A stretch of DNA of 64,000 nt from Hormiphora californensis (Eukaryota > Animalia > Ctenophora), in NCBI GenBank assembly GCA_020137815.1, contig CM035351.1, positions 4,278,001 to 4,342,000 of the forward strand, in the 5' to 3' direction. Positions 46,431 through 60,000 of the stretch are shown one piece after another; position 1 is the stretch's first letter; the number at the start of each line of letters is the position of its first letter. A model generated the notes under the pieces. It searched no databases and was not told the origin of the DNA. It saw only the letters and a list, made by a program, of their open reading frames with translations. Position numbers and translations under genes: made by a program.

Positions 46431-47213
46431 ATCCCTAAAAACACCAATCCTAGAGAGCACATGGTACTTATTGTTTACGTAGAGCAGATTAATTCGAGGC
46501 ACCATATTTGAATATCTGCCCTCATAAAGACAATGACCGCAACCAGAGAAAACTGCACATTTGACATTATAGAATATTTCAAGTAGCGGTATGTCTTCCC
46601 ACGTCCAAATATCCGTAACAGATTTGTGAAATGATTTCGTCTTTAGAGTTTTCCTTGCTCTCGTATATTTCTTTTCACTTGATGATCTGTTGATTTTCTT
46701 CAAGAATTTCCGATCTAGCTTCATGTCTCGAGCATCTTTAAGTCGTTGAAACAATTGCAAATGCAACATCGCAGTGTAAAATGCTATCAGAAGCGTGTTT
46801 CTATAGCCAGCTACCACGAATATTGAGTTTCGTTTAACATCCGGCTGAGTCAATATCTTCAGATTCGGTTCTTGGTGGAAAACTTGGAAATCCATCTTCA
46901 ATGGCCCTTGGTTGGTAATTATTGGGTGTTTATAAAACAAATTTAGAATTGAAAACATTAGTTCATATGGTTCGCAATCCCAGAGGAATAACGTAAGTTT
47001 GAAGTTTCCATTCAGTTCTCCAGTTCGGAGGTCCAATGTTATGTTTATTGTAGAGTTGGCTGTCGACCGGCACCTCGCTTGGCGTATAACAACCTCAACC
47101 GCGTCCTGAAGAAGTCTCAAGTCCATGTGGATGTTGTTAATTGTCCATTTGTTGTTACAGGGACGACTAATTGAACAAGGGACGTCTTCTCTACGGTAAT
47201 ACTGTCCATTCAT
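46428..47213 (-). CDS. About 261-aa ORF resembling the N-terminal (pre-exonuclease, OTU-like) region of Polinton/Maverick protein-primed PolB
   Basis: Uninterrupted AT-rich ORF after acceptor TTTCAAACAG; ordered motifs GPLKMDFQVFH, KRNSIFVV, LLIAFYTAM, EDIPLLE, AVFSG, LYEG, INLLYVNNKYHVL recall Polinton PolB N-termini. Recognition from memory, not searched. Confidence 0.5.
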   Translation of the reverse strand: MNGQYYRREDVPCSISRPCNNKWTINNIHMDLRLLQDAVEVVIRQARCRSTANSTINITLDLRTGELNGNFKLTLFLWDCEPYELMFSILNLFYKHPIITNQGPLKMDFQVFHQEPNLKILTQPDVKRNSIFVVAGYRNTLLIAFYTAMLHLQLFQRLKDARDMKLDRKFLKKINRSSSEKKYTRARKTLKTKSFHKSVTDIWTWEDIPLLEIFYNVKCAVFSGCGHCLYEGRYSNMVPRINLLYVNNKYHVLSRIGVFRD

Positions 47214-48025
47214 CTGATTCAAGCCCTCCTGTTTGAAAATATTTGTGATTTATCAGACCAAAAACGAATAAATTGGCGGCTTTTAGCAGTTTTTTAATCA
47301 TGCAGATGCCAAAAACGATTCAGAGTTTAATCCCCAAAAAATTCAGCTGGTCTGATATGCTGTAGGCGAAATTCTCGCGCGATTTAAATAGAGAAGGTAG
47401 AAGCAACAAAGCCGAAAGTCACCTTCAAAACTTTTTGAAAAGTGTCGCTCAGAGAAAAATAACTCAAATTTTAAACTTACGTTATACCGCGCGCGCAGCG
47501 CGGCGTGTATTTGCCGCGTTAATGTTACAAAATCGCGTCTGCGCGGAAATCGCAAATTACGTTTTTTGCTACCAACTTCGATTAACCTACTCGGCTACTC
47601 CTTTAAAATGCTACACTGCCCCTCCCCCAAATACTAGTGATCTAAATATGTGAGTAACAGTGCAAGTTTAGCCTGTAAACTATTCTACCATTACCGTTGT
47701 GCTGTATGAACAATACAACATTACCGCCAATGCCATGGATCCAAAGTCGAACGAAATTAAACTCAAAGTTTTAAAACTAACAAATTCTTTTACAAAAAAG
47801 TGACTAATTATGTACATGGTGATGTATAAACTCATTCCCTGAGATGTAAGTATAGTGTAACTATAATAATCTTACTATAAACTACGGTAACTCCCCTAAA
47901 CACTTTTTACACTTTTTACACAATTTACTGTCTAAAATCTTGATATAAAATCATGAGATATAATTATATGCCATGATATGATATGATAGTTCGATAATCG
48001 ATTTAATTTCATAAACAGTCCTCGC

Positions 48026-51000
48026 TCAGTAATCGAGAGCACAGATAAGCGCCACGGCTCTCTTGATCCAGTGTTCCTGTGGCTTGTCCGAGGGTAGCTC
48101 AAGCGGCATCACAAAGTTGGTACTATGACCCGTGGTAGAGAGAGTTCCTGCTCTGGTGAGTGTCTTGTAGACTGGGCAGATATACATCCCAGTTGTCGGG
48201 GCGACACGGTCCGGAATCGGGATTAGCCTGATCACCGGCATATCTGGAGAGAAGACAGAGACATTTTAGTGGAAGATTGGGACGTTTTTAAAAGGAGAAA
48301 CCTAAAAAAGTTGTGGGAAAAGTGAGCTAATAAACTAGTCTACGTAGTACGTACCAGTAAAGAGTTCCTTCGGTCGTGACTCTGCCAGGGCGTGTTTCTC
48401 ATTACTCCATCGTGCTCCCTCCAGGAACAATCCAGAAATATAACATCCTGTCTCAGGCTTCTCCTTTATCTCCTCGTTAGCCGGAATCACAGTGTAATTG
48501 AAGCTGATGGTGTCAATTGAGATGCTGGTCCTTCGAGCATAATTCTGGAGGGCGCCAGTAATGAACGCTTGGGGGAAGAAGAATCCTGAAATCCAGAAGA
48601 CATTGGGAATTCCGTTCACGTTCCAATTGTTCACGAACTCGAGACGCTGAAAATTAAATAGTGTTATTCAATTGAGTCGAATTAAAACAACAGACAGTTA
48701 GTCAATCCTGAGAAAAAGTAATTAATTGTCTTCTTTGAGTGCCGTCTAACCTGTAACAGGTCAGCGACCCATGATGCCAGTGGTTTGAGGGATGGATAAG
48801 CCTTGTTAGCCCACATTGTTGGAACACAATTGTTAAACACAGCCAAGGACATAGTCTCCAGTGCATCGCTCATCACCACCAGACCCTTGAGCGCCTTTAG
48901 AAGGTCATTTAGGGAACTGTGGATGAGATGGAGGAGAGTGTTGTAGAGGATGATCTCCTGTTGTAGGACAGTGTTCATGGATTCTTCGTAGAGAACTGGA
49001 TGTCGCTCCATAACATCGACTATGTTGAATGGTTGGGGTACTCGGGAAAGGATCTGCTTGGCTGTGTCTTCCATAACCTGTGAGAAGGGGTGGTTAGTAA
49101 TATAGTGGATGGTTACCATAGTGAAATTACGGGAAACTCTTTATCATGGTTACCATGGTAGCACTACGGGAATGACTCCATGGTTACTATGGTAACATTG
49201 CGGGAAACTCTCAGTGATAGTTACCATGGTAGCACTGCACTACAGGAATCACTCTCTACAAAACCTACCTCTTCCTGTGATCGGCCACCAGCACTGCCCG
49301 TTTTAGCCTGCATAAGTAAGAACTTGTCCAAAATGGCGAAGGTCTCGTTTTGAGCGTAGGTCATGTTTGCATTTTCGTGAAGGCCAAACAACTCTGGGCT
49401 ATCGTTCAGGGGCAGGCTCTTGATATACCGGACATAGTCCTTGTATAGCGCCTCTGTAGGGGAGAATGAGTTAGGTGGGGAAGTTATATGCTCGCCTGGA
49501 TCAAGGGTGCCAAATATTAATTGACAAGCAGTCCTAGTCATTGACTACTATAACTGCTAGTATGTAGTCTGTAGTCGGTAGTCTGACTGTGTATGTCCCT
49601 CATCGGGCCCTCATCCTAGTATCTCTGACTTCCTTACCATGAGGAAGTTGGTGATAAGTCCCTGACTCTGAGAACTTGTGGTCCTCACTTAGGACTTCTC
49701 TATTGTAGAACCCATGTAGGATTGTGTTGATACATCGTCTATCCCAGTCATCGGTTACCCTGCCACCATAGTTGATATCTCCAGCGGTGTAGTGAAGTAC
49801 CTAGAGGAGAGAAGGGGTATAATTACTCTGAAATAGAGGAAAGTTCTATCTACAAAACAAGAGTTCACCAGCCCCATTGAAGTTTCCACTGTTATAGTAC
49901 GTACCTTGAGTGGAACTTGGGGAGCGTATTCCAGCAGGAACATGTTGAGCTGAGAGACACAGATAGCGTAGTCCCCAGCAGTGAAGTCGTATGCAATGTT
50001 GAAACCAAGAGATCCAAACTTTCTCCTCTCGCACGTCACCGCGTTGAACATCATCAGGGAGAATAAGAGACCCTTGAACTCAGCATCCTGTAGGGGGGGG
50101 GGCTTAGTTAGACACATGTAGTCAAGTTTTCAACCGCTGAGAGCTGTCTTTTCTCAGTAGATAACTCTCTAATATTAATATCCATCTCCACAACTCACTA
50201 TCAATTATACTGAATACTATCACTTACCCTGTCATGAGCTGTGTGTCATGAGATTGAGTGTATTGTCCTGTGGGACACACTGTCGCAGTTGTTACCGCCT
50301 ACCGGACGTAACGCGCGAACTGATCATTAGTATGTGACACTTTTGTGCACGCACTTGAAATGCACCTTTCAAGTGCGCGCACGTGCTTCTTGTGAAGATC
50401 GAATGAGTTTTAAGTTGACAAGCACTTTGTCAGATTCCCAATATCGAACTACCATAACGTTGTACTACCTGATCCGTCTATTTTGTTAACCACCTGTTAT
50501 CTACCGTGTTTCCATTCGTCCACCTTCCCAAAACCATATTGACAGTGGTAGCAGTGAAGCTGACGACATTATGCCATCCGACATTCATGCCCCGGTCTTT
50601 GATAACCAAACGAACTTTGAGACTTATCGCCGTGAGGTCGACATCTGGCTGTTAGGTACTGGCTGCCCCAAGGAGAAACAGGCGGCCCGTTTAGCTCTCC
50701 AAATGAGGGGACGTGCAAAGGAGGTTGCGCTCGGCGTACCCACCGAACAGCTCAAGTCTGAGAACGGTGTTAAAATCCTCCTCGATGCCATCGAGAAAGT
50801 GTTCGGCAGAGACAAAACTGTTTCACTCTTTTCAGCCATTGAAGCTTTTGAGAACTTTATCAGACCAGCTAATCAGAACATGTCAGATTTTATATCAGAG
50901 TTTTCCACCCGACTTGGGGAGCTCCGACAGCAGGCTGGAGTCGATGACCATCACAAACTCTATGGATCACAAGTGTTAGCCTACAGACTTTTGGAACAAT

Positions 51001-54000
51001 CTAACATCTCCGATGAACAGAAACGACTCCTCAGAGCTACCTGTGTTGAAATCAGTCTGGAATGCATGATCACACAGATGAAGAGGGCGTATGGGGAGAC
51101 CCTACCCTCAGCTGCTGAAACCGATCAAACCTCTGAAACATTGACTCTAGTTGTCTGTTACAATTGTAAGAAGACTGGTCACATTGCCTCTGAGTGTTAC
51201 AATCGGCGTGGTGCCGTACGGGGAAAACGTGGTGGAGGACGTGGTCAGCGTGGATCTGGGGGTCGACGAGGTCAGAGTGGCGATGCCACAGGAGTGTACA
51301 AGATGAGCGTTGAAACGGACTATGTCTTGTCTTTATCCGAGCAAGTGGGACTTCGTGCGTTGCTTGATACTGGCGCCGCTAAAAGTGTGTGTGGCAGTGA
51401 TTGGTTGAAGAATTTTGAGAGAGAGTCGTGTATTCGAGTGAGAAGAGAATCATGTGAACAGAGAAGATTTACATTTGGTGATTTATCAGGAGTTAACTCT
51501 ACTATGATTGCTTATATCCCAACTGATATTTTTGGTGTGAAGTTTACTGAGTTTGCGGTATATGTTCTTGATATTAACATTCCCCTTCTCCTATCCAGGC
51601 ACTTACTGAGTCAGATGGGTGCAGTGATTGACTTTGAGAGGGATCAACTCCGTGTCTCGGGTAAGACAACTACATTACATCTTACTGACACTGGACATGT
51701 GACAATTGACCTTAATAAGAAGCTTTCACCCACTACTTTGTTAACTAATTCTTGTTCAGGGATCTCTCCTCCAGCAATTGCCAAGAAACTCCACAAATAC
51801 TTTGCTCATGGTTCAGTCTCCAAGATCCAGGATATTGTTAAATCCTCGGATCACCCTCGAAAGTCTGAGATTTGTCAAGAACTCATCAGGGTCACACAAG
51901 AATGTGAAAACTGTCTCGAACACAGTGCATCCAAACCACGGAGGAAAGTAGCTCTACCTCTCAGTAAAACATTCAACGAATGTCTCGCTATGGATCTCAA
52001 GATGCTGAAGTTCAAGTCTGGAGAATCATGCTGGGTACTTCACATCATTGACACACTGACCAGATACAGTGTAATGGTCCCCGTGAAATCAAAAACTGGA
52101 ACTGAGATTACCCAGAAGTTCTTCACCAGCTGGATTAGCATTTTTGGACGTCCACAGAGAATTCTCAGCGACAACGGTGGCGAGTTCATCAATGATACCC
52201 TACTTGAGATGGCGAGCAGACTTGGAATCGAATTAAAGTCTACTCCAGCAGAAAGTCCTTGGTGCAATGGGATCTGTGAGAGACATAACAGTATTCTTGG
52301 AAAAATGGTTGAGAAGACCAAAGATGACACGAAGTGCAGTATAACTGTAGCTTGTGCTTGGGCTTCCAATGCGAAGAACCAGTTGACTAACCAGATGGGA
52401 TTCTCACCACACCAACTCGTGTTTGGGAGCAATCCTACCTTCCCCAGTGTACTGAACGATGATTGTTTACCTGCCCATGGAGACCAGAAGAGTGAGGACC
52501 AAGTGATTTCAGACAATATCAAAGCCATGAAGACCGCCAGGGAGAAATTCATCCAGCTCGAGAATGCAAGCAGATTAAAGAGAGCTCTAGCAAGTTCAGG
52601 ACCAACACAGGATCAGACCACCTACGTCCAGGGAGATAAGGTGTATTATAAACGTGAGCAACACAAGACCTGGTTGGGACCTGCAACTGTAGTTGGAATG
52701 ACTGAGAACCAAGTACTGATTAAACACGGCGGGCAACTACTAAGAGCACACCCATGCAAAGTGAGACTGGTACAACAAAGACAAGAACCCCCAGAGGACC
52801 AACAACGGAAAGAGGAGTACAAACGAAACGAGGAATCAAGTTCCAAGAGACACGTCCCCGAGATGCAGACTGCACCGGAAGTGACGACTGATGAAGATGT
52901 CCCGGAACCGATAGAGAAATCTAAATTGCAGCCACCGAAGGCTAGCAGAGTCAGACGTCCAAAGAAGACAGTCCGTGAACCGACCAGAAAATACAATCTC
53001 CGGCACAACAGACGACAAACCCCCCCACCAGAGCATCCTGCAGATGAATTACTCATCCCTAGTGAAACAGATCCCGAAGAGGACACTCCACAAGATGGAC
53101 ACAGTGAGAGTAACATTGAAGAAGTTCCCAGAGAACCTACTTATGCAGAGATAGCCGTCCCAACCGAGGACCAGCAGGAGGAGGCCACAACAAGTGGACC
53201 TGTTGTTGTGAGAGTTCCTGAAAGTGAACCCAGCCCGGATACTGAGGATACACCTGGTCAGAGAGACACAGAGCCAGATCCCACAGAGGACAGCGCCAGA
53301 CCCAATGAGGAAAAGACTGACTCCAATGAGGACACGTCAAAGCCAAAAGAGGATGTTGCAGAGCCCGCAGAGGACGCAGCAAAGACCCCAGATCAAGACA
53401 CAGAGGACTCAGATCCCGATTCTGATGCTGAGGAGATCATTCTTCTTGCCGCATCTAAACTGGGCAAGGAAGAAGTGCAGACAGCACGAAATAGGGAGAT
53501 TGACAAACTCCGTGAATTCAATGTTTTCGAGGAAGTACCCGATACAGGACAACAACCAGTCACCACCAGATGGGTGATGACACGGAAAGATGATGGCACA
53601 GTGAAAGCCAGGCTGGTGGCCCGAGGATTTGAGGAAAAACTCGAGGACCCGACCAACTCACCGACTGTTACTAAACACGCAGTGAGGATCTTGCTAAGTT
53701 TGGCAACTACCAGTAACTGGACCCTGAAAAGTGTTGATGTAACCAGTGCCTACCTACAGTCTGATAAGATGACAAGAGATGTGTTCATCAAACCCCCAGC
53801 TTACCTCAAGAGGAAGGATGTACTGTGGAAACTAAATAAACCACTGTACGGTCTTGGTGACGCGGGAAGAAGATGGTACATGTCACTCACCGCAACTTTG
53901 AAAAACACTCTCCAGATGTCAAGAATTGACAAGAATGTATTTTTCACCACTGGAGATGACGGGAAACTACAAGGATTACTAGTAATTCATGTGGATGATA

Positions 54001-57000
54001 TTCTTATTACTGGTGATCACAATTTCTACAAGAAAGTTAAACCCGCTCTTGACAACTACAAGATAGGAAGAGTTGAAACAACTGAATTCAACTACCTGGG
54101 ATGGCAGTTGAAACAGCAAGGAATTGATATTTGTGTATCCCAGGAACAGTATTGTAAGTTTGTCAGAGAGGATATCCTGGACAAGATGAAAGCTGTTAAA
54201 CCGGTACCACAGAATCAAGAAGAGGTTGATGAGAATCTTCAATCCTATATGAGAACGGTGATCGGAAAGTTGAACTGGCTGGCTACCCAAAGTATGCCAC
54301 AGATCAGTTTCAGTCTCCTTGACATTACGACGAAATCACCCTGGACCGGCAAAGAGTTCAAAGAACTGAAGAAGATTGTGACCAACCTTTCTCCTTCAAC
54401 GATAACCTTTTCCCCTTTTAACCCTACCTCAGCTGAGATAATTGTTTACACTGATGCCAGTCTCGGCAACCTAGCTGACAGAAAGAGCGGAGCAGGAGTT
54501 GTAGTTTTCTGGGGAGACAGCTCTGATTTCAATTTGATCGCCTACTCGTGTGGCAAGGTAAAACGTGTAGTGAAGAGCGTCTTTGCCGCAGAATTGTATG
54601 CTGTATCTGAAGGATTGGGATATGGAGTTATGATCAAAGCCCTCCTCCAGGAACTATCTTTTGACCCTCCCATCAGACTTTTCACAGACTCCGCACAAGT
54701 TGTGAGTTTGGCAAACTCCGTCTCAGCCGTACCGACTGATAAGGGAAGCATCTTGGAGCTACGTGAAGTTCAAGAGAAGGTCGAAAAGGGGGAAGCATCC
54801 ATCAACTGGGTGGAGTCGAAGTCTAACCCCGCTGATGTACTCACAAAGCGAGGAGTGAGTCCCAGAGTGATCGAGAGGATGATCTAGTGTGTTTTCCAAC
54901 CTACTTGTTTTTTTTTAACTTTATTTCTCCAGTTTAAATATTTTATCGGACAACTGACTTTGTTTTCTATTTTTTCTTCCAGACATAGACAACATGTACC
55001 TTTTCGTATCTCAGTATTTCCACATTGTTAGTTTTTCCCAGTTAACTCTCACTTGTATTGTTACGACATTGACATATGACAGTTTTAGCCTTGACACGGT
55101 TTGGAACCCTCTCGGCGTTCATTGCCTCATCGGTCTCGAGTTCGGTAAGTCCTTTTGAGAAAGAAATAGAGGGGAGTGTCATGAGCTGTGTGTCATGAGA
55201 TTGAGTGTATTGTCCTGTGGGACACACTGTCGCAGTTGTTACCGCCTACCGGACGTAACGCGCGAACTGATCATTAGTATGTGACACTTTTGTGCACGCA
55301 CTTGAAATGCACCTTTCAAGTGCGCGCACGTGCTTCTTGTGAAGATCGAATGAGTTTTAAGTTGACAAGCACTTTGTCAGATTCCCAATATCGAACTACC
55401 ATAACGTTGTACTACCTGATCCGTCTATTTTGTTAACCACCTGTTATCTACCGTGTTTCCATTCGTCCACCTTCCCATCATCATATTGACATACCCTGCC
55501 AGTGCAAGAAGCGAGGAACTCCTCATTGTACTGTTGGAAGTTTCTCAACAAGTTAGCCTTGACCCCTCGAGGAGGTTCAACTGTCATCTTGCTACCATTT
55601 TGTAGGATAGAAACAGGGAATTTGGGTGTTGGCATACTGGTAACCCACAGTCTGAAGTCTCGGTGAACCTGGGGGTGTTAGGAAATGTTAGATTATCACC
55701 CCATGCCAAGAAGCACGAAAAAGAAAAGATATGTTGCGCTAGGTTTAAAATACTAAAAGATCGTTACCTTATCTGCATCAATATTCTCGATCAGCTGCTC
55801 CAAAGATGACATCCAGGATGGAGCGAGATGGCAATTTTGGAAGAACACCCATCGACCCCTCTCCATTGCGCTCCTCATCATGGCCTCGGCTCGGGGTCCT
55901 TGGCCCTGACCGAGCGAGATGGCAGTCAGCTTCTTGCTGAATTTCATCTCTTCTGCAAAAGCGTACAAGTCGGCTGCTGGATCAGTACCCACGGACAGCA
56001 CGAAAATGAGGGGAGTGATGGGAGATGAATCCTTGTAGACCAGAGATAGATCTGTGGGTTGGGGCTCAATAAACTGCTCTCCAACGTTCTTGGCAATGAA
56101 GTCCTGCATGGCGTTTGTGAACTTGTCGGGCCGGACACACTTTAGGATGAGTAGCTTCTGGAAGAGGCTCAGTTTATCTTCCCACGGGCCGGGAAGGGGC
56201 GCTCTATGGGGCTCACCACTATCAAAGTAGGCCCTGAACCCATCATTGTAATCTTTGAAGGTGTTAGCAATACCCTTAAAGGGTCCCAGAAGGTTGAGCG
56301 ACTGGAGCTCAGTCCAGCTCCTATCAGACAGCCATCCCTCCCCTCCATTCTCCAACTGCTCATCTGGCAGACCCCCACCAGCAATAAGGAACCTCCATTC
56401 ATCAGGATCAATAGCATTCTCATTCATCAGAATCCTCACACACAGCAGGAACGAGAACAGCAGCTTGTCTTTCTCGAACACTGACCGGCACACGTTGACA
56501 TAAAGCGAGAATGTGAAGTAGTTATTGATGTTGATAATCCTCTCCGTTAGATCATCTGATGTTTCAGCGTTGGCAATCCCATTCAGGAAGATCTTGATGT
56601 ACCACTCCAGGGAGTATTGGTACATGGGATCCACCTGAGCCAGATCTACCACACAGAAGAACAAGATCTGGGTCCTAACCGCCACTGGCAGGTACTTGGA
56701 CCTCGTCTCATCAATATCTTTCTCAGTCTGTTCAGCAATCAGCACCTTGGCCTTGATCTCCTCGGCCTTTACCTTGGAAATCTCAAGGGTATCAATCAGA
56801 CTGACGTCATCGACTGGGGATCCTTCAGAGGCGGAGAGTCGGTGGAGAATCTTGTCCTCAATCTCCTTAATCTCCTGTTTCATCTTGGCGTTACTGATAA
56901 TCAGCTGATTCTTAGCCTCCTCCAAATCTGGCCGTTCCTCTGCTACTACAATTCCCAGCAACTGATCCTCCAGGCCACTAGGTGACAGGGTGAAGTTGAC

Positions 57001-60000
57001 AATAGTGACTTTAGTGGACACCTCAGGGGTGTAGTGAGGGTTGGGCAACTTGGTGGTGATATACATTTTGAAGTCAGGATGGTACGGGATGATAGTGTCT
57101 CCTAACTTGATGACAATTCCCCCTTGCTGTTTGAAGGTCTGACGGAGCAGGATGGGCTCTAGCGCTGGATCCAGCTCCTCCCCAACATTCTCCAGCAGAC
57201 AGGGTTTACCAAACCTAACTGCGTTCTCAAGGGACCTCAGGAAGTCTCGATCGGTCAGCTTAATGACGTCAATTCCATTGTCCCGCTCCATGACCTTCAC
57301 CCACTTGTTAGCCTGGCCCTGAGGGTCGATAAACAGGGGCCACCGCTGTGAGTACTGTACAATAACACCATTCTCAATGGAAAGGTTATCCCTGGGTAAC
57401 CCACAAATGTTCCAATCCCTGATCTTGACGGGGTCTCCAAGGGTAGAAACCAGGCCTGTACTCTTGGTAAGGGGTACACCCGTGGAGGCAAGGAACTTCT
57501 CCCATTGATCCATGAGAGCTTGGCGATATTCACCCGAGAAGATTCCCAAATAGGCGATACACCCAGCGGATAACATGAGATCTCCTACAACATTTCTAAT
57601 TCTGTCCGTTAGATGATCAATAGTCTCCTCCCATCGAATCTTCTCATCAGCGAGACCACCGATAAGTCGAGCAGCCCGACCCAACCTGGCCTTACACAGT
57701 TCCGTCTTGTTGGTCAGTTCCTCCTTCTTGTTGACACACTCTTCAAACTTGGCCTGGAGGGTGGCCACCCTGTCCTCAACCTCCTGGAGCCTCTCCTTGG
57801 CATCATTCAAAATCTGCATCGTGGCGTCCAGGGTCGTCTGGGCTTCCTTCAAGGCAGCTCGTTTGGGGGCCACAGATTTGGACACAAAGTGGTATTTGTG
57901 CATTGCCCGAGTCCACTGACAGATGGAGGTACACGCCTTGGAAACCCTCTGAATGGCAGCAGGAGTGAAATCTTCACTATCAATGTAGGGCTGGATCTTC
58001 TTAATCACATCATCGGGGATGTTATCCTTGTCAAACTTGAACAAGGAGTCAAGGAATCTGGTAGGATCCTGAAGAATGGCCTTACCAGGCTCCCAATAAT
58101 CGTCTATCTTCACCCCAGCCTTATCGGGATGAGGCACCTTCTTGGCCTTGATTCCCTTCATAATACACACCGCTTCTATCACCATCCTAACACCGTTAGG
58201 GGGTCTCTGGAGTGCCCTCACCTCCACAACGTCATTCTTGTTAAGACTCTTCAAACTCTTCAGAGCAGCATCTAGCGCGGGTAGGGCCTCATTCAGATCT
58301 CTCTGGGCATCATCCGCAATAGTTTTACACTCCTCTGCCATTGCATTAGCGGAAGACTCTTCCTTTTGGACGGTCTTCCTCGTCTCTTCAGCCACAACAC
58401 TGTCTTTTTCAATCTGAATCATGGTCGCCTCTGTATCTTTGGTTGCCTCAACCAACATAGGCTGCATTGTCTCCAACTCAGCCTGCATTTTTGCCACATC
58501 CTCTTGTGTAGCCAGGAGTTTGTCCAGACCAGTTCTAGTTCTCTTTCTCGCCTGATCTAACTCTTCCTTCTTTAGATTGATCAGTTTGGAGAATATTCCC
58601 AGGAGTTCCAGATAACTTGTTGGGGTGACATAACAATGACGGGACAACTCCGCCAAATACTGGACACTAGTCTTTGCGACACTCTGGTGGATAACCACGC
58701 ACGTGCTGACCAGGCCACCTACAATTCCTTCTTCGTGACCGTCCTCTAGGCCGGGGATTTCGTTCAGGAAAGTCTTGGCTACAGATTCGAGAGCCTCATC
58801 CGGCCACTCACTGAACCAATCGATGGTACAACAGTTGATGAGGGCTGGGAACATCCTGAGCCTTGCTCTGAACACCTCCCCAATAGGACTCATGCAGATG
58901 ACAGTGTGGATATTGTTTCGAACTCGTTTTGTGAATGCTCCAAACAGATTTGTCTTGGTTGGTTGCTGACCAAGATCCAGTACTACAGGTTTCATGGCTG
59001 TGTAGATGTTGTCCAGATCCTCAAAGGCGTAGATATTTGGCACGTCGCCAGAGTTTAGAATGTTGTTGATATCCTCTAGGAAGGATTCTGCCTTGATTTG
59101 GGTGTCGGAGAACAGGAAGACAATGCTCTTGTTTTGCAGTCCTGCCTTGAGAAGCATAGTTTTCAAGTCTTCTCTCCACTCAGACACACCATAGTTCTTG
59201 CTCAACTCGATCTGGAAGAGAGGGTGGGGGTTAGAGTTTGTTTACGCCAATTCAGACGGAGATCAGCGTATAATAGTAATCATTGGAATTATTCAGGTCG
59301 ACCTGCTTTAATTATACAGAAACAAACTACATACCTGGAAGAGATCGTATTCTGCCATGTGTGCTGCCAGCCTGGTAAGAGATTGTCGTCCACTACCTCC
59401 CATTCCCAGAAGCAGAGCATTACCAAGGGGCTGTCTGATAACCCTGCTAATCCTAGAAACGTGACACACAGCATCAAGGAAAAGAACAAGTTTCATCTGG
59501 GCAGTGGAGAGAGCATTGTAGTCTTCCAGATACTCTTGTAGCATCAGGACCATTTTTTCAACATCCTCAATGTAGTCGTATAGCTTGGGATCCGCGTTAG
59601 GAACCTGGAAAATATATGGGTGTTATGCTGGGTTACCGTCAACCACCAGGGGACCTAAACCCAAAAAGTTTAACTCATTATACTCAGAAATCCGAGAAAA
59701 GAAAAGGCCATAAGTTCCCATTTGTCTTACCATAAAGTCACCGTAAAGCAACATATCTCCAGTAACTACTTCTTCATAACTCGTACTAAAATCATTTGTT
59801 AGACACTCCTTCAGAAGGTCATCGAACCAGGTCCTATCCTGATCATTCACCAGACGGTCAGCGAACACCCTCTGACACTCATGATACCACAACCTGATAA
59901 TCTCATTCTGAGGTCGGGGTTTGTTCATATCCAACATTAGAACACCCTTGGAACACCTTAGCCAGATCTCGCAGGTTAAAGGTGTAGTGAGATTTAGCAT

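Noticed and set aside
54888-55176. env-like extra gene in the retrotransposon
   Set aside because: Only about 290 bp between the pol stop and the 3' LTR, with no substantial ORF.
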